From a virus (Duplodnaviria > Caudoviricetes): a stretch of 34,416 bases of DNA. Below the pieces are notes generated by a model, which did no database searches, was not told where the DNA came from, and saw only the letters and a list, made by a program, of their open reading frames with translations. Made by a program: the position numbers and the translations under genes. The stretch lies in the IMG/VR virus record IMGVR_UViG_3300037295_000528, positions 1 to 34,416 of that record. One strand, written 5' to 3'. This document shows positions 1 through 9,414 of the stretch, one piece after another (position 1 is the stretch's first letter; each line of letters starts with the position of its first letter).

Positions 1-335
1 ATTATTGTACTATTTGCCAATTGTTAATTTCCGTACCATATCCCAACGATCCATTCGGTAAAAAGTCAGAGCTAAAGTGCAAATAAAACGCCACATCCAA
101 TCTTTTAACTTCTCTTTGAAGTGTAGTCAAATGCGGATAATGTTCGTCCATGTACAAATTGCTAGCTTGAAATAGCTGTTCGTATTGTTCAGAATTAATG
201 TTTATTTGCTTGTTTCTTAACTCTTGAAATTCCGTTTCGTAAGTTGAAACAACTACTCCATTTTCATCTAAAACATCATGTTCCAACATTGCCACGTCTC
301 TAATTTGAAACGTGCATCCGCTTTCGTTTTTTACC
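1..335. repeat. Direct repeat copy A of 34082..34416 (8 mismatches in 335 bp)
   Basis: Manual alignment; differences at positions 128, 131, 132, 133, 242, 281, 305, 311. Confidence 0.95.
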
Positions 336-424
336 AATTCAGTAGCCGTACTGATAATTGTATTTTGAATATCAGGATTAAATCCACCCCAATTAATTTT
401 TGTTTTTGTTCTAATTTTTGCCAT
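2..424 (-). CDS. Hypothetical tail-tip associated protein (possible fibre assembly chaperone), copy A
   Basis: 140-aa ORF after the fibre and propeller genes; half of the differences from the second copy are synonymous. Confidence 0.7.
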   Translation of the reverse strand: MAKIRTKTKINWGGFNPDIQNTIISTATELVKNESGCTFQIRDVAMLEHDVLDENGVVVSTYETEFQELRNKQININSEQYEQLFQASNLYMDEHYPHLTTLQREVKRLDVAFYLHFSSDFLPNGSLGYGTEINNWQIVQ

Positions 425-426
425 TG

Positions 427-621
427 TTATAAAGTTTGTGTTTCATTTATTTTTAATAGTAAAATAGCTTCCAAAGTTGTCAAGCCAACCCATTTTGATG
501 TTTTTTGGGTGGCGCCACTCATTTGTGCAATAATCTCAATACCAGTGATTCCTAGCCATTTTGGCGCTAAAGGATTAGGCTTTACTTGACCAATCTTTAT
601 TTTTGTTCTAATTTGTGCCAT
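427..621 (-). CDS. Small hypothetical protein sharing its N-terminus with 2..424
   Basis: MAQIRTKIKI vs MAKIRTKTKI; 2-nt gaps to both neighbours. Confidence 0.55.
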   Translation of the reverse strand: MAQIRTKIKIGQVKPNPLAPKWLGITGIEIIAQMSGATQKTSKWVGLTTLEAILLLKINETQTL

Positions 622-623
622 TT

Positions 624-1670
624 TTATAGTTTGTTATAAAGTTTATTATAATTTGAAGTTGGTAAATTTGCCAAATTTGCTGGTATTTGAGCTTCTATAC
701 CTATTATGTTTGGAATATTTACACCTAATATTTCTAAAATTTGTGTGTCATTAAAAGGAGCGCAATAAATTTTCCCGTTTGGTGCTAAAGAGCTTCCTGC
801 ATACTTATTGCTTCCACCTGTGATATTACCAAACAACTGTGTTGTGTTATTTGAAGGGTCTATTACTAAAATTTGGGCGGCACTAAACGGAACGCAATAT
901 ATTTTTCCATTTGGCGCTAAAACACCGCCAGAATATTTTTCTAATCCTGAAAAATTTCCAAATAAAGAAGTTGTGTTTGTGGAGGGGTCTATTACTAAAA
1001 TTTGGGCGGCACTAAATGGAACACAATATATTTTTCCATTTGGTGCTAAAACACCGCCAGAATATTTATTACTTCCTGACAAATTTCCAAATAAAGAAGT
1101 TGTATTTGTAGAGGGGTCAATTTCTAAAACTTGCGTAGAATTACGAGGTACACAATATATTTTTCCATTTGGTGCTAAAACTCCTCCTGCCCATTTATTA
1201 CTTCCTGAAAAATTTCCAAATAAAGAAGTTGTATTTGTAGAGGGGTCAATTTCTAAAATTTGGGCGGCACTAAATGGAACACAATATATTTTTCCATTTG
1301 GTGCTAAAACTCCTCCTGCCCATTTATTACTTCCTGAAAAATTTCCAAATAAAGAAGTTGTGTTTGTGGAGGGGTCTAATACTAAAATTTGGGCGGCACT
1401 AAATGGAACACAATATATTTTTCCATTTGGTGCTAAAACACCGCCAAACCAGCTGCCACTTCCTGACAAATTTCCAAATAAAGAAGTTGTGTTTGTGGAG
1501 GGGTCTATTACTAAAACTTGAGCAGAAAGATGGGGAACAAAATAAATTTTTCCATTTTGTGATAAAACACCGCCTATCCACTTATTACTTCCTGAAAAAC
1601 TTCCAAATAAAGTTGTTTCTGGCTCTACTTTATAAATTCTACCAAAGGTCATTACATTTGCTACTATCAT
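624..1670 (-). CDS. Beta-propeller repeat protein, putative receptor-binding/tail-tip protein
   Basis: Seven ~42-aa repeats GGVLAPNGKIYCVPFSAAQILxIDPSTNTTSLFGNFSGSNKW; ATGA overlap with the fibre gene. Confidence 0.75.
   Translation of the reverse strand: MIVANVMTFGRIYKVEPETTLFGSFSGSNKWIGGVLSQNGKIYFVPHLSAQVLVIDPSTNTTSLFGNLSGSGSWFGGVLAPNGKIYCVPFSAAQILVLDPSTNTTSLFGNFSGSNKWAGGVLAPNGKIYCVPFSAAQILEIDPSTNTTSLFGNFSGSNKWAGGVLAPNGKIYCVPRNSTQVLEIDPSTNTTSLFGNLSGSNKYSGGVLAPNGKIYCVPFSAAQILVIDPSTNTTSLFGNFSGLEKYSGGVLAPNGKIYCVPFSAAQILVIDPSNNTTQLFGNITGGSNKYAGSSLAPNGKIYCAPFNDTQILEILGVNIPNIIGIEAQIPANLANLPTSNYNKLYNKL
770..1620. repeat. ~126-bp coding tandem repeats (propeller blades); boundaries approximate
   Basis: Near-identical blocks such as acaatatatttttccatttggtgctaaaac recur at ~126-bp intervals. 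Confidence 0.85.
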
Positions 1671-3202
1671 GATACTGTCATTTCACCTATGATTATAACT
1701 GTATTCAGTCCATCTGAAAATACACTATTTGTTGCTCCGTCCTTTAAAACCAAACCTTTAGAACTTGTAACCGTTTCGCCCGCGCCTGCTACAAAAGTGG
1801 CCGTTATCGTTGGATATGCAAAGCATACAAAATCTATTCGTCTATTTAGACCTGCTGGAATTGTAATTGTGGACGTCGCTCTTATTCTAACAATAGACTT
1901 GTACCAATCGTTTGTAACTGTCGCGTTTGCCGTTACGTCAATGTATTTTTGCCCGTTTGGTAAATTGGTTAAATAAATTGTGCCGTCAAAATAACGCTCT
2001 ATTGTTTCGCCCTTGCCGTAAATTTGACCACCAATTGTAGCAAGTCCATTTATAACTACCACTTTATAAACGTCTCCCGCAACCGCACCAACTATATCCG
2101 TAATAGTTGCATTCGATGTTACGTGCAAAATTTCGTTGTTTAAAGCGGTTGTGCTTGCGTTTACTAATCGAGGAGTTGTCTGAAAGAAGCCTTTTAAATA
2201 ATCTTTATCAACATAAATAACTGGATATTCGGGAAGCGTTCTGTCAATTTCAATGCCGTTGGTTTCAAATAATTCGTTTTGCTTTTCGCCCAATAAACCA
2301 TCGGTATCTTCAGCGGTGTAAACGAGTGGATCAGCTTCATTTGAGGTAACCTTGACGCCACCACGCGCTGAAGTTGTCGCTTTTACCACATAACTTGAAC
2401 TGGCCACAAACTGCTTGTATCGAATTCCTGAAATTTCAACTTCTACAAATAAAGCTATCTCGTTTTGTCTTAAAAATAAATTTTCATCGTTCGGAAAAAT
2501 CATTTTTAAATTTGAATTTAAATTTCTGTTTTGTAATTCTAACACTCCAGCGGTTCTGTTATGCACAAAAAATGGAGCTCCGATTACAAAATTATTTGAA
2601 TTCCTTTGAAACCCTCCCAAAGATGGAATTGTGCCCGTAACTATAACTCCACCTCTTTTTTCCGACAATCCAAGCGTTCCTAATGGAGCGTCACCCAAAA
2701 TAGTTTGGTTGGATAAATATGCTTTTTCGAAGAACAACCCTACTGGCGACGGCTCGTCGTCAACGGTTTCACCAAAAATATAATGTTGCATAACTGGAAG
2801 CGTGTTGTTCGGAACTTCTGGACCTTCCACAACATCAGGACTTGCCGTTCCTACTACTTTTTGAAACGTGTTTAATTTTGTGGCCACCAGAAGATCAATG
2901 CGATTCATTCCTACACTTGCAGGATTTACGGTGTACGTAAAGTCAGAAACATTTGAATATAAAGCTCCGTCAATTCTCCAAGTGGCTCCGGCTGGAACGG
3001 TTCGATTATTTCCAAGTTTAGTGATAATTCCAATAGAAATAAGCTGGTTGGGCAATACGGTATTGCCAATTTGCTGTTGTAAGTCAAATAAAAGACGTTC
3101 TTTCGTCGTTTTATAATCAACGCCTTCGGAAATTACGTAAATAAGAGCCTCGTTCGGAACGTTCTGTAAGGGATCTAAATCATTTACTTTAATTTCGCTC
3201 AT
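1667..3202 (-). CDS. Tail fibre / tail-tip protein
   Basis: Position after the distal tail genes; N-terminal 'EIKVNDL' anchor-type motif; G/T/V-rich modular sequence. Confidence 0.7.
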   Translation of the reverse strand: MSEIKVNDLDPLQNVPNEALIYVISEGVDYKTTKERLLFDLQQQIGNTVLPNQLISIGIITKLGNNRTVPAGATWRIDGALYSNVSDFTYTVNPASVGMNRIDLLVATKLNTFQKVVGTASPDVVEGPEVPNNTLPVMQHYIFGETVDDEPSPVGLFFEKAYLSNQTILGDAPLGTLGLSEKRGGVIVTGTIPSLGGFQRNSNNFVIGAPFFVHNRTAGVLELQNRNLNSNLKMIFPNDENLFLRQNEIALFVEVEISGIRYKQFVASSSYVVKATTSARGGVKVTSNEADPLVYTAEDTDGLLGEKQNELFETNGIEIDRTLPEYPVIYVDKDYLKGFFQTTPRLVNASTTALNNEILHVTSNATITDIVGAVAGDVYKVVVINGLATIGGQIYGKGETIERYFDGTIYLTNLPNGQKYIDVTANATVTNDWYKSIVRIRATSTITIPAGLNRRIDFVCFAYPTITATFVAGAGETVTSSKGLVLKDGATNSVFSDGLNTVIIIGEMTVS

Positions 3203-3330
3203 GATAATTTTATTTTTTGGCCGCTTTCGGTCATTATAAACTGATTTGATTCGGTTGTCAAAAACTTTAATCTTTTAGGGGTTTTTCGTTTTTTAGGACT
3301 AAAATTTATTCTGTGGACGGTATTGTTCAT
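3199..3330 (-). CDS. 43-aa small protein not in the ORF track (MNNTVHRINFSPKKRKTPKRLKFLTTESNQFIMTESGQKIKLS)
   Basis: Manual translation; ATGA overlaps with both neighbours; duplicated (L/I)xTESxQ motif. Confidence 0.65.
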   Translation of the reverse strand: MNNTVHRINFSPKKRKTPKRLKFLTTESNQFIMTESGQKIKLS

Positions 3331-3911
3331 GATGGTTGCATTATTTGATCAGCGTTATTAAAATCGATTGCGTAGGTTTCTAAAACACCAACTGGCTTGC
3401 TAAATGATACTTTAGTTTCAAAAGTATTCGTGATACTAAATGAAGATCCATTGCCAGTTAATACAATTCCAATTTCTTCCAGGGCTTCCAATTCTAATGG
3501 ATTTAAAGCATCATTGTAATACAAGACTATTTCTCTAAATTGCGTTCCTGAAAAACTAGCTATTTGAAAACGTGCAATGATTTCTTGACCATCTGCTAAA
3601 GCTGTCAAAGGCCGTCCCGTTGAAACAATATCCCGAACATAAGATTGAGAAAAATCGAACGATTTAGTATTTTGGATGATTATATAAAATATACTAGTGC
3701 TCATATATTGAAAGCTCGCAGCATCTAAGACTTTTAATAATGCTTCAATTAATACCGAATCAGTTGGCAAAACATTAAGAACAACTTGGGTTGGTAAATC
3801 AAGTGCATAATTGTTGTTTATATCAATTGGAAAACTGCCATCAATAGCAAGGTCATTACTAATAGACAATTGATCTACGCTTTGTTCAAATATAATTTTA
3901 ACTTTACTCAT
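3327..3911 (-). CDS. Hypothetical tail-region protein
   Basis: 194-aa ORF overlapping the stop of the large tail gene. Confidence 0.6.
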   Translation of the reverse strand: MSKVKIIFEQSVDQLSISNDLAIDGSFPIDINNNYALDLPTQVVLNVLPTDSVLIEALLKVLDAASFQYMSTSIFYIIIQNTKSFDFSQSYVRDIVSTGRPLTALADGQEIIARFQIASFSGTQFREIVLYYNDALNPLELEALEEIGIVLTGNGSSFSITNTFETKVSFSKPVGVLETYAIDFNNADQIMQPS

Positions 3912-6579
3912 AAATAATATCTGTTAATCGTTGGGTTTTTCGTTCGGTTGCCACAACGCTTGTTTCGGCATTTGCCAAGTCTATTGTTAGTGATGTCGTT
4001 ATAAATATTTTATCCTGGTTGTTGTACCGAAATCGAATTAAATCATCAGGAAATAATAAATCTTTTACAGATCCTTCCAAACGAAACATGACATCTGGCT
4101 GCACACTAATTATTGCATTTCCCAACACGGATGCATAATTTTGCACCAGAGTTGGTTCCGGCACTTCATTATCGTAATTTCTAGCAATCAAGACCCATTC
4201 AGACCGTTTGTCAAAGTTTTCTATATTGTATTTTACAAACATTGCTTTTAGGACATCTGATGGCTCTAGGATATCTATATTTCTGTATTTTTTTGGCAAA
4301 AGTGGTTCATCAGTAAAACTTAACAAATATCCCATGCGGTACGTATATCCAACAAAAATTGCGTGCTTAACCCTGCCCCACAACTTATAAAACGATTTTT
4401 GAACACCTAAAATGTTTTGCGAAAAAACGCCTTTGCGTAAATTATTTTTAAAAATAGCATCTAAAATAGTTTGCTCAACTTGAAATGTTTGCAAGGTTAA
4501 TACGGAATCTCCGGTTGGAAATTCCTGCAAATCAGTAAAAATTTGAGGTTGGTTATTTCTTGCAATATCAAACGTGTACGGAAAAACATTTGTTGGAAAT
4601 CCAATTCCAAAACTATTTTCAATGCTTTCATCCTGTGAACAAGTAAATTTTGCAGAAACTTCTTTTTCTAGTGTGTAGTTAATTGGCCGTTCTAAGCGCA
4701 CAATATCTTCGGTATCTTCATCATCAAGAACATTAATTTTCAATACATCCCATTCAAAACTTTCTTCAGGAGGCAAAGCGTAAAGATTAAATGTCGTTTT
4801 TGGATGTAAGATTCTAAATTCAATACGTCCACTGATATTGAGACGGAATTTTGAAGTAATTCTAAAACGCAAAACAGTATCATCACCTATAGTATCAAGT
4901 GATCGGTTATAGACAAATTTTTTAATATCGTATTGTGCTGGAACATTTGTTAAAACAACTAATCCGTTTATTAATAATTGAAACCTAAATAAAGAATCCA
5001 TAAATCTTTGTTGCAAATAACTGCTAAGGATATCTTCAGGTAGACTACTTTTAAATGTATATTTTGCCTCAATTTCTATTTCATACTGAATATCCTTTTT
5101 AAGAAAAGGACGCTCTGGCGCAATAAAATAATTTTGTAAAGTGAAAGGTCCAAAAATATCGATAATATTTAAATTAGAATCATTTTGAAACAAGTGTTTA
5201 AAATTAAATGATTCCTTATATTTACGGATATCACTGGTTCTGTATGCTAGTGCTGGACATCCCACTTTTGTCCAATCTCTTAAATATCCATCTCTATAGG
5301 CATTACCTGATAAGTTTGCCGTTTCTATGACTTCATTATAGACAGTTAAGAAAATTTCTTTTTGAACGATATGATCGCTAAACACGTTGTCATTACCTTC
5401 TGCTGTAAAATCTACATTTACCGCTTTCCAAGGCGTTATTGCCGATAAAGTTGGATTTGTAGCAAAGAAATATTTATTGACATTCTTAATAAAATTTATA
5501 TCCGGCAAAGAATTTCCAGCGTAATCAAATTGTAAGGCAACACCCGATCTGTCGCCTTTTCGCGTGCAACCTTCAAGCCACCAATATCCTCGATAACTGT
5601 ATAAAGTCAAGGCTTGAGATTCTAAAATATCAGTCAAAATTGTGTAGACGTCGGTCAATTTTCCCTCTTTATCGTAGTGAGATAAAGGAACGTTTATATT
5701 TTTCCATTCATTTAAATGCGGCACAATAGAAGGCTTGACCACTAGGTTTTGTTCTAAGCCGGTTTGCTGCAAAATAATTGCTATTAATTCTGCAATAGGA
5801 AAGCGGTTTACGTAATACCATACAGGAAGATACTTTCCTTTTAAAGAACCTATTCGATCCACGGCCGTGAATTCGACTGGCAAAACACCATTTTTATAAG
5901 GCTCATTGTACTGGTCTGGCAAAAGAAAACCCTGCCAAATCAAAGATTCTACTTGTGCCGCGTTATAGCTTAATAATTTAACCTTATAACGGTTTTCATC
6001 ACCAGTAAGAAGATGCAGAAAAACACCATCTTGAAAGTTGGCCGCCAACATATTAAATGATAATTCACTATTCATTAATGATTGATAAAGATCATCGCCG
6101 GAATCATATTTAAGCGTTGGAGAACCACTCAATGTAACTTCATCAATCAATACACGATCATTGTCGTAGGTATCGATTATTTGGATAGAAAACGATTCAA
6201 TCTCAATTGCTGGAATGGTGACATTAGAAGGAAGTAAAACCGGAACGGATGTTACTACACTATTTGCAATTTGGCTTTGGACATTAAATATATAAATTCC
6301 AGCAGGGTTGAATGACATCAAAATTCCATTGGTAATTCTGGTAAATACAATAGTTCCGTCCAGATCAAACGTATTTAAAGATAAAAGTAAATTGTCAATA
6401 CTTTGATCCATTGTTACTCCAACAGGCACATAATAAGCATCAAGAAGTGTTCCTGGCACAAATACTTTGATGATCGTTTTTTGATACAAAACGATATTAG
6501 ATGAACGACTGATCGAAATAGACCAGAAAGTAAATGATCCGATGTTTTCAGAAAATAGTATTTGAATGTTATTTGCCAT
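3904..6579 (-). CDS. Large tail/baseplate hub protein
   Basis: 891 aa directly after the tape measure gene; 'LIWQGFLLPDQYNEPY...AVDRIGSLK' motif as seen in Bacteroidota siphovirus tail proteins. Confidence 0.7.
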   Translation of the reverse strand: MANNIQILFSENIGSFTFWSISISRSSNIVLYQKTIIKVFVPGTLLDAYYVPVGVTMDQSIDNLLLSLNTFDLDGTIVFTRITNGILMSFNPAGIYIFNVQSQIANSVVTSVPVLLPSNVTIPAIEIESFSIQIIDTYDNDRVLIDEVTLSGSPTLKYDSGDDLYQSLMNSELSFNMLAANFQDGVFLHLLTGDENRYKVKLLSYNAAQVESLIWQGFLLPDQYNEPYKNGVLPVEFTAVDRIGSLKGKYLPVWYYVNRFPIAELIAIILQQTGLEQNLVVKPSIVPHLNEWKNINVPLSHYDKEGKLTDVYTILTDILESQALTLYSYRGYWWLEGCTRKGDRSGVALQFDYAGNSLPDINFIKNVNKYFFATNPTLSAITPWKAVNVDFTAEGNDNVFSDHIVQKEIFLTVYNEVIETANLSGNAYRDGYLRDWTKVGCPALAYRTSDIRKYKESFNFKHLFQNDSNLNIIDIFGPFTLQNYFIAPERPFLKKDIQYEIEIEAKYTFKSSLPEDILSSYLQQRFMDSLFRFQLLINGLVVLTNVPAQYDIKKFVYNRSLDTIGDDTVLRFRITSKFRLNISGRIEFRILHPKTTFNLYALPPEESFEWDVLKINVLDDEDTEDIVRLERPINYTLEKEVSAKFTCSQDESIENSFGIGFPTNVFPYTFDIARNNQPQIFTDLQEFPTGDSVLTLQTFQVEQTILDAIFKNNLRKGVFSQNILGVQKSFYKLWGRVKHAIFVGYTYRMGYLLSFTDEPLLPKKYRNIDILEPSDVLKAMFVKYNIENFDKRSEWVLIARNYDNEVPEPTLVQNYASVLGNAIISVQPDVMFRLEGSVKDLLFPDDLIRFRYNNQDKIFITTSLTIDLANAETSVVATERKTQRLTDIIYE

Positions 6580-8867
6580 TATCCTTTGCGATTTTTAGCT
6601 TTATTAGCCCGATCCATAACGAGCACTAAATCATTTCCTTTTACGGTAAGTTGGCCTACTAGATTCGCAATCATATTGCCTTCAGAAACCGCAGGGTTTA
6701 TCATTCCGTAAAGGCTTTTTTGTTGTTTTTGGTTTAGGATTAATTCTTTACTATTGACCCGCGCCAGGATCTTATCACCATAAGTAGAAGTACCACCCAC
6801 AATACCACCATTGGCAAAAGCTTGTGGTCCTTGCTGAAATTGATTTTTAAAAATAGAACCTAATGCCACTAATGCAATACCAGCTGCTAATGCCACAGTA
6901 GGATTTGCAAATGCTTTTTTGAAAGCTGCAGAGGCAATACCAACCGCAATTAATGATTTTCCTAGTTGCACCATAAAATCAGCTACAATAAGTATCAATC
7001 CTTGAAAAATACCTGAAATGCCTTCTGAACCAGTGACAGCATTGGCTAGCAATTCACCAAATCCCGAAGCCACATTAAATTTAAATTGCTCTACAGATTC
7101 AAAAATAATTTCACCTATTTCGACCATTTCATCACTAAATGACCTGTATGAACTAGCCATTGATTTAAGTCTTATATCAAAACCCTCGACATTAATTAAA
7201 GACGTTGGATCTGCTAATAATGTTTTTTGAAATTCAAGTTTTTCAATTGCTTTTTTTGCGTTTGCAATTTGCACTGGTGTAGTCGCTACTGCCCTAATAA
7301 ACTCGGTAATTTTGGCTATTTCTTCATCATAGCTAGCTAGTGTTTTGCCGCTGGTGCCTCTTGATTCTGGTGCTGCAAGATCCTCTAATTTTATGCGCTT
7401 CATTCCTTTTCCAACTCCAGCAACAACAGCATCTTCCAATTTGGTTTCTAAACCAGTTGTATTGACATTTTCAGAAAGAATATTTATCTTTTTTCTACCG
7501 ATAATATTTTGAGCTGCTTTCGCAAAATCGGCACCCACGTTTTTTCCAAATTTGCTAAAAACTTCACGGGATTGTTGCAAAGATTTTGATTGTTGCAAAA
7601 CCAACTTTTTCATGCCTTCAGCAAAAATAGAAGGAAGGGAAGTAATTCGCCCCGTTAAAACCGCTGAAATAAGTTCGCCGATAATTCCAACCGCTATTTT
7701 AATACCAGATACCAAACCTTTAAAACCTACTTTTAAAGCTTCAAAAACAAAAACCGCAGTGTTATATAAGGTTTTAAATGTTAAAATAACATTTTCTACA
7801 CCAATCCGAAATAATATGCTTTCGTTGTATAAATCAATAAAGTAGTTGGCTGTATCAATTAGCGCTTTTTTGACATCATCCCAATTGGCTACAATTAATG
7901 CAATTAATGCACCCACACCAATAACCGCTAAACCAATAGGACCAGTCATTAAAGTAAATCCAGAAGCAATAGCGGGAAGTAATTTTACTAACGTTCCGAT
8001 GGCTAGTAATGCTGGACCAATAACCGTTGCTATTCCAGCAAAAACAAGAATAACTCTTTTTATTTCAGGTGATAATGCTTTAAAACTTTCAGCAATAGAC
8101 GAAGCGGCATCACCAATTGATGATATAATTTCTTCCAAATTAAAAGCTTCATTAATTTCATTTCCTATTTTTGCTAAGGAAATTTGAATACCATCCCTTA
8201 AATTTTCAAAGGCGTTATTAATACCGCCAGTCATTTTCGGAAGCTTTTCAAATTCAGCTGTCAAACGCCTTACAACTTCCGAACCTGTAATACCTAATTT
8301 ACTAATTGCAGCGGTATCTGAAGTGCCAAAAGCATCTTTTAAAGCCCCACGTAGCTGCGGCAATTGTTCAGTCAATTGTCTTAAATCTTGACCAAAACCG
8401 CTAGATTTGTTGTTTAATTGCGTTAAAGCTAGATTTACTAAATCTAATTGTGGTGCTCCTTTTCCTACCGTCGCTAACGCATTACCAAAAGCAAGTAATG
8501 TTTTTCTGGCTTGTTCAGCGCTAAAACCAGCCGCTTGCAAGTTTACCGAACCACGAACGGCTTCTTCTAATCCAAGCCCTGGAAGCTTGGCTACTTCTTT
8601 TAAAAGTTCAAATTCTTTGGCGGCGGCTTCGCTAGATCCCATGACAGATTCTAGTCCTTTTTGTAGTTTTTCTAAATCAGCAAAGCTCTTAATTGAAGCA
8701 ACGCCTAATGCAGCCAAAGGAACTGAAAGAGATAAAGACAATGATTTACCAAGGTTTTGAAGCTGTTGACCTTGTCTATTTAATGAACGGCTAACATTTT
8801 GCATTTCAGAACTGAACTGACTAAGGTCCGCACGAAAGAGAATGTTTATACTGGATAAAGAAGCCAT
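6579..8867 (-). CDS. Tail tape measure protein
   Basis: Ala/Gly-rich helical protein with tape-measure N-domain, hydrophobic segments and C-terminal 'FANGGIVGG...GDKILARVNSKE'. Confidence 0.92.
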   Translation of the reverse strand: MASLSSINILFRADLSQFSSEMQNVSRSLNRQGQQLQNLGKSLSLSLSVPLAALGVASIKSFADLEKLQKGLESVMGSSEAAAKEFELLKEVAKLPGLGLEEAVRGSVNLQAAGFSAEQARKTLLAFGNALATVGKGAPQLDLVNLALTQLNNKSSGFGQDLRQLTEQLPQLRGALKDAFGTSDTAAISKLGITGSEVVRRLTAEFEKLPKMTGGINNAFENLRDGIQISLAKIGNEINEAFNLEEIISSIGDAASSIAESFKALSPEIKRVILVFAGIATVIGPALLAIGTLVKLLPAIASGFTLMTGPIGLAVIGVGALIALIVANWDDVKKALIDTANYFIDLYNESILFRIGVENVILTFKTLYNTAVFVFEALKVGFKGLVSGIKIAVGIIGELISAVLTGRITSLPSIFAEGMKKLVLQQSKSLQQSREVFSKFGKNVGADFAKAAQNIIGRKKINILSENVNTTGLETKLEDAVVAGVGKGMKRIKLEDLAAPESRGTSGKTLASYDEEIAKITEFIRAVATTPVQIANAKKAIEKLEFQKTLLADPTSLINVEGFDIRLKSMASSYRSFSDEMVEIGEIIFESVEQFKFNVASGFGELLANAVTGSEGISGIFQGLILIVADFMVQLGKSLIAVGIASAAFKKAFANPTVALAAGIALVALGSIFKNQFQQGPQAFANGGIVGGTSTYGDKILARVNSKELILNQKQQKSLYGMINPAVSEGNMIANLVGQLTVKGNDLVLVMDRANKAKNRKG

Positions 8868-8891
8868 TGCAAAAATAATTTTAAGATGGCT

Positions 8892-8943
8892 TAAAAGTAC
8901 TTTTGATGTGTTTTATTTCAGGGTACAAAATGTACCTTTGTTA
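8892..8943 (-). promoter_or_regulatory. Putative late promoter for tape measure: 24-bp box (8920..8943), 20-nt spacer, TACTTTTA
   Basis: AGGGTACAAAATGTACCTTTGTTA is identical to 18843..18866, with the same spacing to the -7-like element. Confidence 0.7.
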
Positions 8944-9060
8944 AATGAAAGATATAATTATATCGATTTTAGGATTTATTTTTGTTGCAATTATATTGCG
9001 TCAATATTATAAGCGGCATCCCTCCGATAAATATTGCAATAAGACCTGGCGGGAAGATCG

Positions 9061-9089
9061 AGAGAAAAGGCGTCGGAACAGACGCCTTT
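9061..9089 (-). terminator. Intrinsic terminator after the HTH gene
   Basis: 9-bp stem AAAGGCGTC/GACGCCTTT ending in a pyrimidine-rich tail on the minus strand. Confidence 0.65.
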
Positions 9090-9095
9090 GATAAT

Positions 9096-9404
9096 TTAGT
9101 TTTTTGGTAATTTATCGGCACGACGGCCGAGGGCTTCCATTGCTTTTTCCATGCACAGGTTTAGATCACTTTTACTTTCTTGATCTTCAAAAAAGAAATT
9201 TACTTTGATTGCTTTTGCCACTTGGATAAATGTATCTAGTGTTGGCTTAAATTTTAACGAGAAAAAACGACTAACCGCTGATTGAAGCATTCCAGTGTGT
9301 TCAGAAATTTCATTTTGAGAAATGTTTTTTTCGTCAGCAATTTCTTTGAGAAGTAAAACGAGCAACTTCCATTGCTCGTTTTGGTTTATTGGATTTACGT
9401 TCAT
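9096..9404 (-). CDS. XRE/Cro-C1-type HTH regulator (start revised to MNVNPINQ)
   Basis: ISQNEISEHTGMLQSAVSRFFSLKFKPTLDTF is an HTH_3-like motif. Confidence 0.85.
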   Translation of the reverse strand: MNVNPINQNEQWKLLVLLLKEIADEKNISQNEISEHTGMLQSAVSRFFSLKFKPTLDTFIQVAKAIKVNFFFEDQESKSDLNLCMEKAMEALGRRADKLPKN

Positions 9405-9414
9405 AATTTTAAAT

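Noticed and set aside
1-335. End repeats as a DGR template/variable pair
   Set aside because: Differences are not adenine-specific, half are synonymous, and no reverse transcriptase is present
808-1521. 237-aa plus-strand ORF
   Set aside because: Antisense shadow of the propeller repeats
7018-8760. Several plus-strand ORFs
   Set aside because: Antisense shadows of the tape measure gene
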